Below, piece after piece: positions 32,896 through 44,414 of a DNA stretch of 64,000 bases. The notes under the pieces were generated by a model. It worked only from the letters and a program-made list of their open reading frames with translations, searched no databases and was not told where the DNA came from. Both the position numbers and the translations under genes were made by a program. This stretch comes from Obrimoposthia wandeli. Its lineage: Eukaryota. Within the stretch, counting starts at the first letter, position 1; every line of letters starts with the position of its first letter. The stretch spans positions 248,001 to 312,000 of the forward strand of contig CDROCS010001674.1 in assembly GCA_977020255.1 (NCBI GenBank), in the 5' to 3' direction.

Positions 32896-33269
32896 GTATT
32901 GATGTCTCCCTCACAAACTTGATTGTATATTTAGATATAGCTGCCAATTAATAACAACAGTGTTTTTTTACAAGTATAGCAGTCTAGAAAAATTAGACAC
33001 CTAGGATGTCAGGGATACGTAAAAAGAGGCTAAAAATAGAAAATTAATTGTCCGATCTGTCGCATAAATAATAAAACCCCGATAAAGAATAGGTATTAAT
33101 ACAACGTACTATTGGTTCGTTTTTACCGTAAACTATGCAGAAAAATCACTATTACTACCTTAGGGGTAGTATTCTTAGGGCTTACCCGTTGAGTAACGGG
33201 TTCTGAAAGTTAAAAAAGGGCCACTAGATGCAGCCCAATTGAAGATGGTAAAAGCCTTGCTGGTGATGC

Positions 33270-33560
33270 GTCGACGATTGCCATTCTTATAGATACAGAG
33301 ACATGATTTGTTCTCTATCTCGACCTAGTTCTCTTAATACTTCATACGCCACTATTGATCCCATTGAATGGGATACCAATATGATTTCATCATTCTGGTG
33401 CTCGATAAGAAGGTCTTTTACTTGCTCATATGGTAGGGCTTTTACTAAAGCAATAACCAGTTTGTTAGTGTTCTTCACTCTTTGGGAAAAATACTCTCAT
33501 AACGTATCCACTTGATTGATGAACTGACCTCTCAAGTGCAAACCAGAAGAACGCGACATG
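33270..33560 (-). pseudogene. Alpha/beta-hydrolase gene relic
   Basis: Fragment 'EIILVSHSMGSIVAYEVLRELGR' carries a nucleophile-elbow motif; N- and C-terminal parts are missing or stopped. Confidence 0.6.
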
Positions 33561-33771
33561 GAGTAATTGTTTGGTGAGGACTATGTCTTATATAAAGACT
33601 CGTAAGTAATTGGTTTTAATATTTTAATTGATAATCACTAATGTGACCATAGATTTCATTTTTTGCGAAGCGAATATCATTATTCTGGCTAGAGTATTTG
33701 CACTGCTAATGTATCATAGCTCAAGAATTATAAATCAAATCAATGGTTAACGATACATTAAGGACTAGGTT

Positions 33772-35382
33772 ATGCACTTACGGAAAACACTTCCATTTTT
33801 GGCTTTATCTCCTCTATTTATGAGTCAGCTCTCTTTGGCAGATGAGGTTAGCGCAAGAATTATCAATGGAACAAAAAGTGATAGTGAAAGCTGGCCATTT
33901 ATGGTGGCTTTAGTTTCTAAAAATCGCGATGTAAATGACGGCCAATTCTGCGGAGCCAGTTTTATAGGTGGGCGTTATATATTAACAGCGGCGCATTGTG
34001 TTAATACGAAAGAAGCACAAGATTTGGATGCAGTTATAAGCATTTCAGATCTGACTCAGGATGATGTTGCAGAACATAGATACAGCGTCAAAGAAGTTTA
34101 CATTCACTCAAGCTATGAGAATGCATCTAGTGGTAATGACATCGCTATTTTAGAGCTTGAAGATGAGGTAGATTACACACCCGTAAATTTGGCGGATAAG
34201 CATTTACGCAACAACCTTTCAACAGGTGAGACTTTAACTGTTATGGGGTGGGGGGATCAAGATCCTGATCGAGAAACAACGCGATTTAATAGCGAGCTAT
34301 ATCAAGTCGATGTTCCTCTAGTAGATCAAAATGTGTGTTCTTCTACCCTGGGTTATTCAACGGTTACGGAAAATGCATTTTGTGCAGGTTTTACAACAGG
34401 TGGTTATGACTCTTGCCAGGGAGACAGTGGTGGACCGATAGTTGTTTCTAATGGCGGCACTTATGAACAACTTGGTATCGTGAGTTGGGGTAATGGCTGT
34501 GCAGAAGCTGGAAACTACGGTGTTTATGCGAATGTGAGCTATTTTGCAGACTGGATTTTGGGGAAAACTCAAGGATTTAGTTACCGTCAATCAGAGTTTG
34601 TTGGCGTTAGCCTTTTAGGTGCTTATTCACATACCTTTTCTATTCGAAATAATACAGATCAAGTTATTAGAACCTCTGGAGCGACGGTAACTGGCTCCGA
34701 TGCTTCGATAAAATCAAATGATTGTTCTGCGATTGAAGTTGACGGAACTTGTGAAATTACGATCGATTACAATGTTGGGGAATTAGATTTTGGTAATGTA
34801 TCGGTTAAAATGCATACGGATCTTGCAGAAACTCCTAGCTTTGATTTAGCGGTGTCATATCTTGGTACTCAAAGTGCTTCTATAAGTGTTAGCGATATGA
34901 TTTCTATTGCTAATAGTGGAGTATATTCTTCTACAAATTCATGGGTTCAGAATGGTAGTTTAATTCAAACTCCAGCTCTGGGTGACAATGAATTCTCGCA
35001 ATTAGCGATTACAGGTTTAGCTGCTGGGAGTTTATCTTTCAATTTAAACGTATCAACCGAAAAACACTATGATTTTTTTAACATATATATCAATGGACAT
35101 TTATATGATCGAATGAGTGGCGTTGGATCTGGTGAGCTTACCATAGGCTTACCTAGAGATAATAATACGGTTGTATTTGAGTACAAGAAAGATGGAAGTG
35201 TGTTATTCGGTGATGATCGAGTAACTATCAGTAATTTTACTCATTTAACTGATACTCCGTCTTTAATACCAGATGGGAACTCTGCAGAGAGGAACTCTGG
35301 TGGTAGCGGTGGTTCTATAAACTGGCTCTCTATACTTTCTTTAGGCATGTTAGCGTTAGTAAGAAGACGATTTTATAGCTAA
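33772..35382 (+). CDS. Secreted trypsin-like serine protease with GlyGly-CTERM anchor (Ves-like)
   Basis: Signal peptide, RIING activation site, LTAAHC / DIAIL / GDSGGP triad, C-terminal 'SGGSGGSINWLSILSLGMLALVRRR'. Confidence 0.93.
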   Translation: MHLRKTLPFLALSPLFMSQLSLADEVSARIINGTKSDSESWPFMVALVSKNRDVNDGQFCGASFIGGRYILTAAHCVNTKEAQDLDAVISISDLTQDDVAEHRYSVKEVYIHSSYENASSGNDIAILELEDEVDYTPVNLADKHLRNNLSTGETLTVMGWGDQDPDRETTRFNSELYQVDVPLVDQNVCSSTLGYSTVTENAFCAGFTTGGYDSCQGDSGGPIVVSNGGTYEQLGIVSWGNGCAEAGNYGVYANVSYFADWILGKTQGFSYRQSEFVGVSLLGAYSHTFSIRNNTDQVIRTSGATVTGSDASIKSNDCSAIEVDGTCEITIDYNVGELDFGNVSVKMHTDLAETPSFDLAVSYLGTQSASISVSDMISIANSGVYSSTNSWVQNGSLIQTPALGDNEFSQLAITGLAAGSLSFNLNVSTEKHYDFFNIYINGHLYDRMSGVGSGELTIGLPRDNNTVVFEYKKDGSVLFGDDRVTISNFTHLTDTPSLIPDGNSAERNSGGSGGSINWLSILSLGMLALVRRRFYS

Positions 35383-35559
35383 TTAACATCATGCACAGTG
35401 AGATCTAATTCTTTGCTTAACTGTAACTTCATGCTGTAAAGGATAAAAATAACACGTTGATAACGTAGCTTCTTCGTTTATAAGCGAGCATAAGAGTGAG
35501 TAAAGTTATTCTTACAAGTGTGTCAGTTTAACCCCTGCCTAGCCCTCTTCAACGGAGGG

Positions 35560-35782
35560 CTACTTGCTTTTCACCATTCGCTAAAGTGAACTCAAACCGC
35601 AGGTTTTCGGCACTTCCGCATCACTGTTCACTGTTCACTGCATTCTATGTATACACTTCGTTGAATTTAACGGGGGCGCCTCGGATACCGCCACTGGGAA
35701 TAATCGCAGCCAGTTCTATAGGGAATCGGTGACCCACTAACACCTCTTGGGCAGATACGTTCTTTATCTTCTCGAACTCATC
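35560..35782 (-). pseudogene. Relic of a P2-like (PBSX-family) phage portal protein C-terminus
   Basis: Hand translation DEFEKIKNVSAQEVLVGHRFPIELAAIIPSGGIRGAPVKFNEVYT*, then VNSDAEVPK after frameshifts; resembles the portal motif 'DEF..IKN.S..D.L..HR.P'. Confidence 0.65.
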
Positions 35783-35869
35783 TTAATCAATTGGCAATAA
35801 ACAAAAAAAAGCCCCCTTTCAAGAAGGAGGCAATAGTACCATCGCTATTATTATTCTTTACAATACGGG

Positions 35870-36634
35870 TTAACCGAAATCACCGTTTACGTAACCACGA
35901 GTACGATCGTCGCGTGGGCTGCTAAACAGTGCATGTGTATCGTCGTGTTCAACCAATTCACCCATTAAGAAAAATGCAGTGCGGTCTGAAATACGACGTG
36001 CTTGCTGCATAGAGTGGGTAACGATAACAATGGTGAAATCTTTCTTAAGTGATTCCATCAAATCTTCTATCTTCTTGGTGGCAATGGGGTCTAGTGCTGA
36101 AGTGGGTTCATCCATAAGGATAACCTCTGGCTCCATGGCAATTGTACGGGCAATACATAAACGCTGCTGCTGACCACCAGAAAGACCAAATGCATGCGAC
36201 TTAAGACGATCTTTAACTTCATCCCACAGTGCTGCACCGCGTAGTGATTGTTCTACTACGCCATCTAATACTTTTTTATCTTTAATGCCTTGAGCACGCA
36301 AACCATAAGCCACGTTCTCGTAAATGCTCATTGGGAATGGATTTGGCTTCTGAAAAACCATTCCGACTTTAATGCGAAGTTGAGCAACGTCAATGTTGCC
36401 GTATACATCTTCGCCATCCATAGATAATAAACCGTCGATTTTAACGCCTTCAATAAGGTCGTTCATACGGTTAAGGCAACGTAGTAGGGTAGATTTACCA
36501 CAACCTGATGGACCAATTAATGCCGTAACCTGACGGTTTGGAATAGGTAGACAGATTTGCTTAAGAGCCTGATTTTCGCCGTAGAATAGGTTTAGGTTAT
36601 CAATATTAAATTTGTTCATCTTCATCTTCCTCAA
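35870..36634 (-). CDS. pstB: Phosphate ABC transporter ATPase (likely start 36619 or 36625)
   Basis: GPSGCGKST, '[18 protein letters not shown]', '[13 protein letters not shown]'. Confidence 0.96.
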   Translation of the reverse strand: MRKMKMNKFNIDNLNLFYGENQALKQICLPIPNRQVTALIGPSGCGKSTLLRCLNRMNDLIEGVKIDGLLSMDGEDVYGNIDVAQLRIKVGMVFQKPNPFPMSIYENVAYGLRAQGIKDKKVLDGVVEQSLRGAALWDEVKDRLKSHAFGLSGGQQQRLCIARTIAMEPEVILMDEPTSALDPIATKKIEDLMESLKKDFTIVIVTHSMQQARRISDRTAFFLMGELVEHDDTHALFSSPRDDRTRGYVNGDFG

Positions 36635-36637
36635 AAA

Positions 36638-37528
36638 TTAGTAAGTCGCAGTATTAAAGCGGCTAGCAATCAGTTTCGTTAGCATGTTAATCATCAGAAC
36701 TATCACAATTAGAACGGTTGCCGTTGCGTAGGCTTGTTGCCATTCATGAATGGTGTATAGCTCTTGCGTTAATTTATACAGGTGAACTGTTAACGTACGA
36801 CCCGAGTCAAGAACACTCTCGGGAATACGAGCAACCATACCTGCGGTCATGAATACGGGTGCTGATTCACCGATAACACGACCCACGCTGAGGATGATAG
36901 AGGTTACGATACCAGGCATAGCGCTAGGTAAGATAAGTCTCCAGATGGTGTAAATTTTAGATGAACCTAGTGCATACGAACCTTCGCGGTAAGTTTGCGG
37001 TACCGACATTAAAGCTTCTTCTGTTGTACGAATAATAACAGGAAGAATCAAAATACTAAGGGTGAGTGCCCCTGATAGAATCGAATAACCAAAGCCAAGC
37101 ACGACAACAAAGAATGTCATACCGAACAGGCCGTAGATAATCGATGGAATACCCGCTAATGATTCAGTACAAAAGCGAATAACCTTAACCCATTTGCTGC
37201 CCACAGCGGCGTATTCAGTCAGGTAAATTGCCGTCATGATACCCAGTGGAGCGGCAACAGCAATCGATGCTGCAACCATGTATAGCGTGGCAACAATCAT
37301 TGGCCAAATGCCAGATTCGTCACCAATTGTTGTGTAGTTACTTGAAATGAATGACCAGTCTACAAATGCTAAGCCATTACTTAAAATGTACCAAACAACC
37401 CACATAAGGAAACCCACGGTAATACCAGCAGATAACCAAATAACACCGAGTGAAAGTTTATCTTTTAATAATTGTGACGCTTTGTTTTTCGTGTTCAAAG
37501 ACACAGTGCGTTTAATTGTATCTGACAT
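36638..37528 (-). CDS. pstA: Phosphate ABC transporter permease
   Basis: 'LAGIPSIIYGLFG', 'GRVIGESAP'. Confidence 0.94.
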   Translation of the reverse strand: MSDTIKRTVSLNTKNKASQLLKDKLSLGVIWLSAGITVGFLMWVVWYILSNGLAFVDWSFISSNYTTIGDESGIWPMIVATLYMVAASIAVAAPLGIMTAIYLTEYAAVGSKWVKVIRFCTESLAGIPSIIYGLFGMTFFVVVLGFGYSILSGALTLSILILPVIIRTTEEALMSVPQTYREGSYALGSSKIYTIWRLILPSAMPGIVTSIILSVGRVIGESAPVFMTAGMVARIPESVLDSGRTLTVHLYKLTQELYTIHEWQQAYATATVLIVIVLMINMLTKLIASRFNTATY

Positions 37529-37533
37529 AATAA

Positions 37534-38445
37534 TTACCTCGCACGCTCACGGTTTAAGTACAGTAAAGCGGCGTTCAACGTCATAATGAAAACAAGAAGA
37601 ACAATACCAGTCGCGTATAAAGCACTTGCGTGAATGCCTGTTGCGTAAGACATTTCAATCGCAATGTTTGCTGTAAGCGTACGCGCTGAATCGAGAAGAC
37701 CTTCAGGCATGGCCGGTGAGTTACCCATAACCATGATGATGGCCATCGTTTCACCTAAAGCACGGGCGATACCCAAAATTACGCCAGTCATAATGCCTGA
37801 GCGCGCTGCTGGTAATAAAAGCTTGAAGATTGTAAACATATGAGATGCCCCAAGCGCTAAAGAACCTTCTTTATATACGCGGGGTACAGCTCGAATCGAG
37901 GTTTCAGATACGGTGATAACGGTCGGTAAAATCATTACTGCAAGTACGATAATACCCGCTAGAACCGTGTTACCTGCTGGTACATTAAAGATACTTTGGA
38001 TAAGCGGAACAATAATAACTAAACCAAAGAAGCCGTAAACAACCGATGGAATACCTGCAAGTAATTCAATTAAAGGGCGAACAATGTTTGCAAGGCGTTT
38101 AGGTGCCACTTCCGCAATGAAAATTGCCGTTAAGACACCAACAGGCACACCCAAAATAACAGCGCCAGCGGTAGAGACTAATGATGCAACGATCATTGGG
38201 GCAATACCGAACAGGGCGGGTGGTAACCAATCTGTGCCTAGAACGATGTTTGTTACACCAGCATGTGCAAATGCCGCGTAACCTTCTCTAAAAATAAAAT
38301 AACCGATAGTGATTAAAGACAAAATACCGATAGCGGCACTTAGCATAAAAAGGTGTTTGAAGAACAGTTCGCGCCAATCAATCACTTTTTTTGATTTTAG
38401 TGATGAAGCTTTAACTGTCTTCTCAATACTGTTTGCGATGGTCAT
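37534..38445 (-). CDS. pstC: Phosphate ABC transporter permease
   Basis: 'LAGIPSVVYGFFG', 'ARALGETMA'. Confidence 0.94.
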   Translation of the reverse strand: MTIANSIEKTVKASSLKSKKVIDWRELFFKHLFMLSAAIGILSLITIGYFIFREGYAAFAHAGVTNIVLGTDWLPPALFGIAPMIVASLVSTAGAVILGVPVGVLTAIFIAEVAPKRLANIVRPLIELLAGIPSVVYGFFGLVIIVPLIQSIFNVPAGNTVLAGIIVLAVMILPTVITVSETSIRAVPRVYKEGSLALGASHMFTIFKLLLPAARSGIMTGVILGIARALGETMAIIMVMGNSPAMPEGLLDSARTLTANIAIEMSYATGIHASALYATGIVLLVFIMTLNAALLYLNRERAR

Positions 38446-38587
38446 AATTTCATAACTCCAAATACCAACAACGTCACTATTACTAAAACTTATATGCGTA
38501 ACATCAAGCTAAATAGTGGTAGGGAAAAACCTATATCGTTGTGGTAGAAAATAACGCTTGGCAACTACCAAGCGTTATTAAAGTGGT

Positions 38588-39412
38588 TTAGTTAATTGCA
38601 ATGTAGCCTTTAGCTGAAACAATTTTCTGTGCTTCAGTGGTTAGCGCCCAATCTAAGAAAGACTGCGTTGTTGGGTTAATTTTGCTTGCCTTGTAAAGCA
38701 CAAGGAAAGGACGTTGAACTTGGTATTCACCAGACTTGATAGCAGCAACTGAAGGTACGTGACCGTCGATTGATAGTGCCTTTAGTGAATCATCTACAGT
38801 ACCAAGAGAGATATAGCCAATTGCGAACGGGTTGTTAGCAACTGTTGTTTTAAGTTGGCCGTTACCACTTGTAACCTGAGCACGCTGAGAGATAGCTGAT
38901 ACTTTAATGTCGTTAATTTTTTTCTTCAGCGACATGATGTCTTCGAAAGCACCGCGTGTACCAGATGCTGTGTCGCGTGTTACCACTACGATTGGCTTAT
39001 CTTCACCGCCAACTTGGTTCCAGTTAGTGATTTCACCTTTGTAAATCTTCGTTACGTCTTCTTTTGATAAATCAGTGATTGGGTTCTTGTTGTTAACCAC
39101 TACAGCGATACCATCACGTGCAACGACGATTTCTTTTAAATCATCTGATTTCTCTGAATCTTTAAGATTACGAGAACTCATGCCTAAATCAGCAGAACCA
39201 TCGGTTGCGGCACGAACACCGGCTGATGAACCTGGGCCTTGAACTTCAACAAAAACAGTAGAATTTTCTTGGCTGTAAGTTTCACCAAACACTTCCATTA
39301 ATGGTGTAACTGAACTTGAACCTACAACAGAGATAGTTTCGTTTGCAACTGCAGCAGCACTGAATGCCATTGAACCTGCAAGAGCTAGTGCACCGATAAC
39401 CTTTGTTTTCAT
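38588..39412 (-). CDS. pstS: Phosphate-binding protein (short PstS type)
   Basis: Signal peptide, 'VGSSSVTPL', 'GPGSSAG', 'ARDGIAVVVN', 'SGTRGAF'. Confidence 0.93.
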   Translation of the reverse strand: MKTKVIGALALAGSMAFSAAAVANETISVVGSSSVTPLMEVFGETYSQENSTVFVEVQGPGSSAGVRAATDGSADLGMSSRNLKDSEKSDDLKEIVVARDGIAVVVNNKNPITDLSKEDVTKIYKGEITNWNQVGGEDKPIVVVTRDTASGTRGAFEDIMSLKKKINDIKVSAISQRAQVTSGNGQLKTTVANNPFAIGYISLGTVDDSLKALSIDGHVPSVAAIKSGEYQVQRPFLVLYKASKINPTTQSFLDWALTTEAQKIVSAKGYIAIN

Positions 39413-39486
39413 TTTCCTAATCCTTTACATGCTGGCTTAATTGCCAATAGGTTTTGAATGAACGAGGCCTAGGTTAAGAGATCTTT

Positions 39487-39526
39487 ATGACAGTTATGTT
39501 TCAGAAGTTTGAACCATATATGACAT
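39487..39526 (-). promoter_or_regulatory. PHO box array (PhoB sites) upstream of pstS
   Basis: Four heptamers at an exact 11-bp period on the minus strand: ATGTCAT-atat-GGTTCAA-actt-CTGAAAC-ataa-CTGTCAT. Confidence 0.75.
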
Positions 39527-39817
39527 TGGCATAAATACCGTCGAAGAAGGGGTAACAGCGTTGCTAAATGAAAGGAAGCACTTGATATATGAAGCTCTTG
39601 ATATATAAAGGGGACTTGTTATTTTCGTCAAATAAATGACGGAGTAATCAAAAAAATGACGGTAAATTCACACTTACTATTTGAAATACAATGAATTGTT
39701 AATGTTTTTTGTGATCTAGTTCTATCTTTTTGAAGGTTATGTAGTGATAATGCATTTCACATAATTATAAGTACCTATTTTAAGAATAGGTGCGTAAAAA
39801 GTTCTTTTGAGGTTCCA

Positions 39818-41446
39818 ATGTCTTTTTCCTTAAAAAATGTATCTATCCGTTATCAGGTTTTATTGCCTGTCTTCTTAATCATTGTTGTTCTATTTACCTC
39901 GCTTTGGGTGACGAAAAGTAATCTTGAAGCTGAACAGAAAGCTATAATGGCTAATACTAATTCACTGGTTGAGTACAAAGATGCGCTCGCAAATGTGGAT
40001 GACAAAGTATATCCGCTACGAATCAATGCTGTTTATGCTATCTATGATGCGTCGCGCCGCAGTATTTTCCAAAATGAATTACGTGCCGCTACCACAGACA
40101 TTACTAATGGTCTTCAAGCACTTAATAAGCAACCTGAGTTTAAATCGGATACCGATACAGTTAAATCGGCAATCACTGATTATATTAATTACTCGAACCG
40201 TGCAGTCGCGCTATTTAATGAATATGATAATGGCAACGTAACTGAACAAGAAAAATCGAATTTTATTGCGCAATACCGCGTTGTGGGCAATAAAATGGTC
40301 TCGACGATCAATACCTTGTCTCTGCGCGTAAATGTGTACGCAACGGCGAGCATGGAACAAAGTGCTCAGAATAATAAAAGTTTGATGAATACGGCAACGA
40401 TTGCGATTATGTTGGCGTTTGCATTTGCGACCATAGTTGCATGGTGGTTATCGGGCTTAATTGTTAACCCGATTGTAAAACTGCAACAGATTATGCGTAA
40501 TGTGGCTCAGGGAAACCTTCAGGTTCGTGCTGAACAAGATGGCACTAATGAGCTTGCCGAACTCAGTGGCGATATCAATAAAACGGTTATTCAGCTTCAT
40601 ACAACAGTCGATTCATTAATTCGCATTAGTGAAGATGTTGCTTCTGCATCGACAGAGCTTGCAGCTGTAATGACTCAGTCTGAAGCCAATGCACAGCTTG
40701 AGCTTAATGAGATCGATCAGGTTGCTTCTGCGGTAAATGAATTATCAAGTACAGCAGATAATGTAAGTGATAATGCGACAGCGGCTGATGCAATGGCGAA
40801 GCAAACCGATGAACTAGCCAAAGAAGGTATGAACATCTTTGAGCAAAGCAATGCGGCGAGTGTGCAAATGACGCAAACTTTGTCGGAAGCTGCCGGTGTT
40901 GTAACGCGCTTAAAAGATCAATCAGAGCAAATCAGTAATGTAGTCGAAGTGATTCGCAGTATTTCAGAGCAAACTAACCTATTAGCACTGAATGCTGCTA
41001 TTGAAGCTGCGCGTGCGGGTGAATCTGGTCGCGGTTTTGCGGTGGTTGCAGATGAAGTACGCATGCTTGCGGCACGCACACAAACGTCGACACAAGAAAT
41101 TCAAGTGATTATCGAAGAATTACAATCACAATCAAGCAATGCGAATGAAAGCATGCAATCAAGCTTGGAAATGTTAGAACGAAACCAGCGTTTTGCGCAT
41201 CAAGCGAATGATTCACTTGTCGGTATCACTGAATCTGTTATTCAGATTAGCGATATGAATACGCAAGTGGCGACAGCGGCAGAGCAACAGTCACAGGTAA
41301 CGCAAGACATTAACCGTAACGTTACTAATATGTCTGAAATCGTGAATCAAAACGTAGCTGGCATTAGTCAAAGTGCAACTGCAAGCCATGAGTTATCTGA
41401 ATTAGCTGAAAGGCAGAAACAACAGCTTTCTTTCTTTAAGCTGTAA
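39818..41446 (+). CDS. Methyl-accepting chemotaxis protein (4HB-type sensor, HAMP)
   Basis: Two TM segments, HAMP domain, '[31 protein letters not shown]'. Confidence 0.95.
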   Translation: MSFSLKNVSIRYQVLLPVFLIIVVLFTSLWVTKSNLEAEQKAIMANTNSLVEYKDALANVDDKVYPLRINAVYAIYDASRRSIFQNELRAATTDITNGLQALNKQPEFKSDTDTVKSAITDYINYSNRAVALFNEYDNGNVTEQEKSNFIAQYRVVGNKMVSTINTLSLRVNVYATASMEQSAQNNKSLMNTATIAIMLAFAFATIVAWWLSGLIVNPIVKLQQIMRNVAQGNLQVRAEQDGTNELAELSGDINKTVIQLHTTVDSLIRISEDVASASTELAAVMTQSEANAQLELNEIDQVASAVNELSSTADNVSDNATAADAMAKQTDELAKEGMNIFEQSNAASVQMTQTLSEAAGVVTRLKDQSEQISNVVEVIRSISEQTNLLALNAAIEAARAGESGRGFAVVADEVRMLAARTQTSTQEIQVIIEELQSQSSNANESMQSSLEMLERNQRFAHQANDSLVGITESVIQISDMNTQVATAAEQQSQVTQDINRNVTNMSEIVNQNVAGISQSATASHELSELAERQKQQLSFFKL

Positions 41447-41585
41447 GGCCATCGTAAATGAGTATGTGGTCATTTTTCTGAATAAATTGATGATCATTAA
41501 CTTATCCAGATGGGTATAATCTGACTTACAATAGTAATTATATAGTTACTACAAAGAGGCCTGCTTATGCAGGTCTTTTTTATTA

Positions 41586-42563
41586 ATGAAACGTATCTTC
41601 ATAAATAAATATTTTCATGAAAGCATAGCGTATGGGGCTCTTATGCTAAAAAAAGCGCAACAAATGGTCGTGTTTAATGCATTAACAAAACAACAAAGTT
41701 TTACGCGAGCTGCGCAATTACTCAATATTTCACGCACTCAGGTGAGTAAGCAGATACAACAACTAGAAGAAAGGCTAGGGGTTCAGCTTGTTCAGCGTAC
41801 AACGCGTTCATTTGCGTTAACAGAAGCGGGGCGGTCTTTTGCTGTTCATTGTGCGAATGTAGTGGGTGAAATTAATGAAGCGGAAAGTGAGCTACTGTCT
41901 GATACCGATTCGTTGCAAGGCGCATTACGGGTAGGTATTGCCCAATCTTTTGCCTCTAATCATATTGCCCCTTTTATTTCTGATTTTCATGATTTATACC
42001 CACAGCTCGATTTGGAAATGAGCCTGTTTGATTACCGTGTCGATTTAATCGCAGAGCAACTCGACCTATGGATTGGCTTTATGGATTCACCACCAGAAGG
42101 TTTTGTTGCGCGTCATCTTATCGATTGTAATTTTGTATTAGCGGCGAGCCCTGCTTACTTAGCTAAACATGGTGTGCCTTATCACCCGAATGATTTGAAA
42201 GATCACAACTGCATTACGTACTTTAGTCGAGAGCGAAAAGATAATGTATGGAGCTTTCGTAAAGAAGAAGAAAGCCACCAGATTAAAGTGAAAGGGAACT
42301 ATCGTGTCGACTCGGCAGATTCGATTCGTGATGCAACATTAACGGGGAATGGCATTGGTTACCTTGCCACGTACTTACTAAAAGATGAGTTGCAAAAAGG
42401 AAAACTCATACGCCTTATGCCAGATTGGGATTTAACCCAATATATGCCGCTATATGCGGTTTATCCTCGGCATAAATACTTGCCACAAAAGGTGCAAGTA
42501 TTTATCGATTTCATACGGAACCATATTGGAAAGCCAGCTTACTGGGATCGAAGCATTTTTTAA
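41586..42563 (+). CDS. LysR-family regulator (likely start 41643)
   Basis: 'SFTRAAQLLNISRTQVSKQIQQLEERLGVQLVQRTTR'. Confidence 0.9.
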   Translation: MKRIFINKYFHESIAYGALMLKKAQQMVVFNALTKQQSFTRAAQLLNISRTQVSKQIQQLEERLGVQLVQRTTRSFALTEAGRSFAVHCANVVGEINEAESELLSDTDSLQGALRVGIAQSFASNHIAPFISDFHDLYPQLDLEMSLFDYRVDLIAEQLDLWIGFMDSPPEGFVARHLIDCNFVLAASPAYLAKHGVPYHPNDLKDHNCITYFSRERKDNVWSFRKEEESHQIKVKGNYRVDSADSIRDATLTGNGIGYLATYLLKDELQKGKLIRLMPDWDLTQYMPLYAVYPRHKYLPQKVQVFIDFIRNHIGKPAYWDRSIF

Positions 42564-42749
42564 TTGTTGTAAAAATAACCGTTCTTAAAAGAGCGGTTGT
42601 GTGATCAACGTCTCAAAATACCCGCTATTGTCACCCGTAGGGATAATAGTATCCCGCTACAGAACCAATCCTGCCGATTTCGTTTGCTTTGCTTGAAAAT
42701 CCATCAGATTTCCCGTTTATTGTTAATTACATGTAGTTTTGCATAACAA

Positions 42750-42765
42750 TTTGAACCTTGTCACA
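42750..42765. promoter_or_regulatory. CRP site upstream of the nucleoside transporter
   Basis: TTTGA-accttg-TCACA; nupC-type genes are CRP/CytR-regulated. Confidence 0.55.
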
Positions 42766-42823
42766 TTTCGTTACTTCACTAGAATGCGTCCGCAATCGTT
42801 TACTAAAACAATAACAGTGGAGA

Positions 42824-44047
42824 ATGCTCGTGAATTACTTGGTCAGTGTATTAGGTATCATTACGCTATTTGCGGTTGCCGTATTATTTTCAGAAAATCG
42901 CCGCGCAATTAATTTACGAACTGTCGGTGGTGCTTTTTCCATCCAGCTCATTTTTGCAGGTTTCATTTTATACGTGCCGGTTGGTCGTGAAGTCTTGAAC
43001 AGTGTGTCTGATGCTGTATCTGGCATTATCGGCTATAGCCGCGTGGGTACTGAGTTTTTATTTGGCGAACTCGCACAGTTTAAATTGGGCTTTATCTTCG
43101 CTGTTAACGTATTGCCGACGATTGTGTTCTTTTCTGCGCTTATCTCTGTTCTTTATTACTTAGGCATAATGGGATGGGTCATCAGTGGTTTAGGCGGGTT
43201 ACTTCAGCGTTTCCTTGGCACAAGCCGCACTGAATCAATGTCTGCTACTGCTAATATTTTTGTAGGTTCAGTTGAAGCCCCTCTTGTTGTTCGTCCCTAT
43301 TTATTGAAAATGAGCCGCTCTGAATTATTTGCAGTGATGGTAGGTGGTTTAGCCTCTGTTGCTGGTGGCACAATGGTTGGCTACGCTGGCTTAGGTGTTG
43401 ATATTAGCTATTTGATTGCTGCAAGCTTTATGTCTGCCCCTGCTGGTTTGATGATGGCAAAGATTCTGGTTCCGCAAACTGAAGTGATTACGGAAGAATC
43501 ACAAATGGCAGATGAAGATGATGATGAGCCGGTTAATATCATTGATGCCGCTTCGCGTGGTGCCCTTAGTGGTTTGCAAATCGCCACCGCAGTGGGTGCA
43601 AGTTTATTGGCAATTATTAGCTTAATTGCATTAATCAACGGTGGTTTAGGCCATATTGGCAATTGGGTTGGCATTGATAACTTTAGCTTAGAGCTTATTT
43701 TTGGTTACTTGTTCGCACCTGTAGCTTGGTTGATTGGTGTACCTTGGTCTGAAGCGATGGTTGCTGCAAGTTTGATTGGTAAGAAAATAGCCGTTAACGA
43801 ATTTGTTGCCTTCGCAGATTTAATGGAAGTTAAAGATCAGCTAAGTTCTCATTCACAAGCTATTGTGACTTTTGCATTGTGTGGTTTTGCTAATCTAACC
43901 TCAATAGCAATGCTAATGGGTGGGCTAGGTGGCGTTGTACCAAGTCGTCGTCCTGATATTGCCCGTTTAGGTCTGAAAGCGATTTTTGCTGCAACATTGT
44001 CTAACTTAATGAGTGCAACCGTTGCGGGTATCTTCTTATCGTTTTAA
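42824..44047 (+). CDS. NupC/CNT-family nucleoside:cation symporter
   Basis: 'ANIFVG..EAP', 'ASVAGG', 'NEFVAF', 'LCGFAN'. Confidence 0.92.
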   Translation: MLVNYLVSVLGIITLFAVAVLFSENRRAINLRTVGGAFSIQLIFAGFILYVPVGREVLNSVSDAVSGIIGYSRVGTEFLFGELAQFKLGFIFAVNVLPTIVFFSALISVLYYLGIMGWVISGLGGLLQRFLGTSRTESMSATANIFVGSVEAPLVVRPYLLKMSRSELFAVMVGGLASVAGGTMVGYAGLGVDISYLIAASFMSAPAGLMMAKILVPQTEVITEESQMADEDDDEPVNIIDAASRGALSGLQIATAVGASLLAIISLIALINGGLGHIGNWVGIDNFSLELIFGYLFAPVAWLIGVPWSEAMVAASLIGKKIAVNEFVAFADLMEVKDQLSSHSQAIVTFALCGFANLTSIAMLMGGLGGVVPSRRPDIARLGLKAIFAATLSNLMSATVAGIFLSF

Positions 44048-44193
44048 TACATATTTAGATGATCTAGTACGTGTCTAAATAGATATTGCAAGAACGCTAT
44101 ACGGTAGAATGAACAGAGGGCTTAGGCTCTCTGTTTGTGTATCTGATGAATACAATGGAAGAGGCTGGGGTATGTTTTATTCCGGCAATAAGA

Positions 44194-44216
44194 AAGCCCG
44201 CACTGAATGCGGGCTT
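44194..44216 (-). terminator. Intrinsic terminator closing a small minus-strand transcript
   Basis: aagcccgca-ctgaa-tgcgggctt stem; nupC already has its own terminator near 44112-44136. Confidence 0.65.
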
Positions 44217-44262
44217 AATACTTTCTTCGTGCAAGACCTAAGGACAACCTAATACTAGTCAC
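44215..44262 (-). CDS. Candidate 15-aa small ORF (MTSIRLSLGLARRKY) or sRNA
   Basis: TATAAT at 44293-44298, GGAG RBS 10 nt before a GTG, stop codon abutting the terminator. Confidence 0.4.
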   Translation of the reverse strand: MTSIRLSLGLARRKY

Positions 44263-44414
44263 AGTGGTTCTTCTCCGTGTCTCAAATATGATATTATAAA
44301 GTGTACAACATGATCGAATAGTGCTTTGTTGATGCTTTTTCTCATGTTTATGAACGAAGAATATATTTTAAGTTGTTATCATTTAAGCCATTCATTAAAT
44401 AGTAGACACGTATT

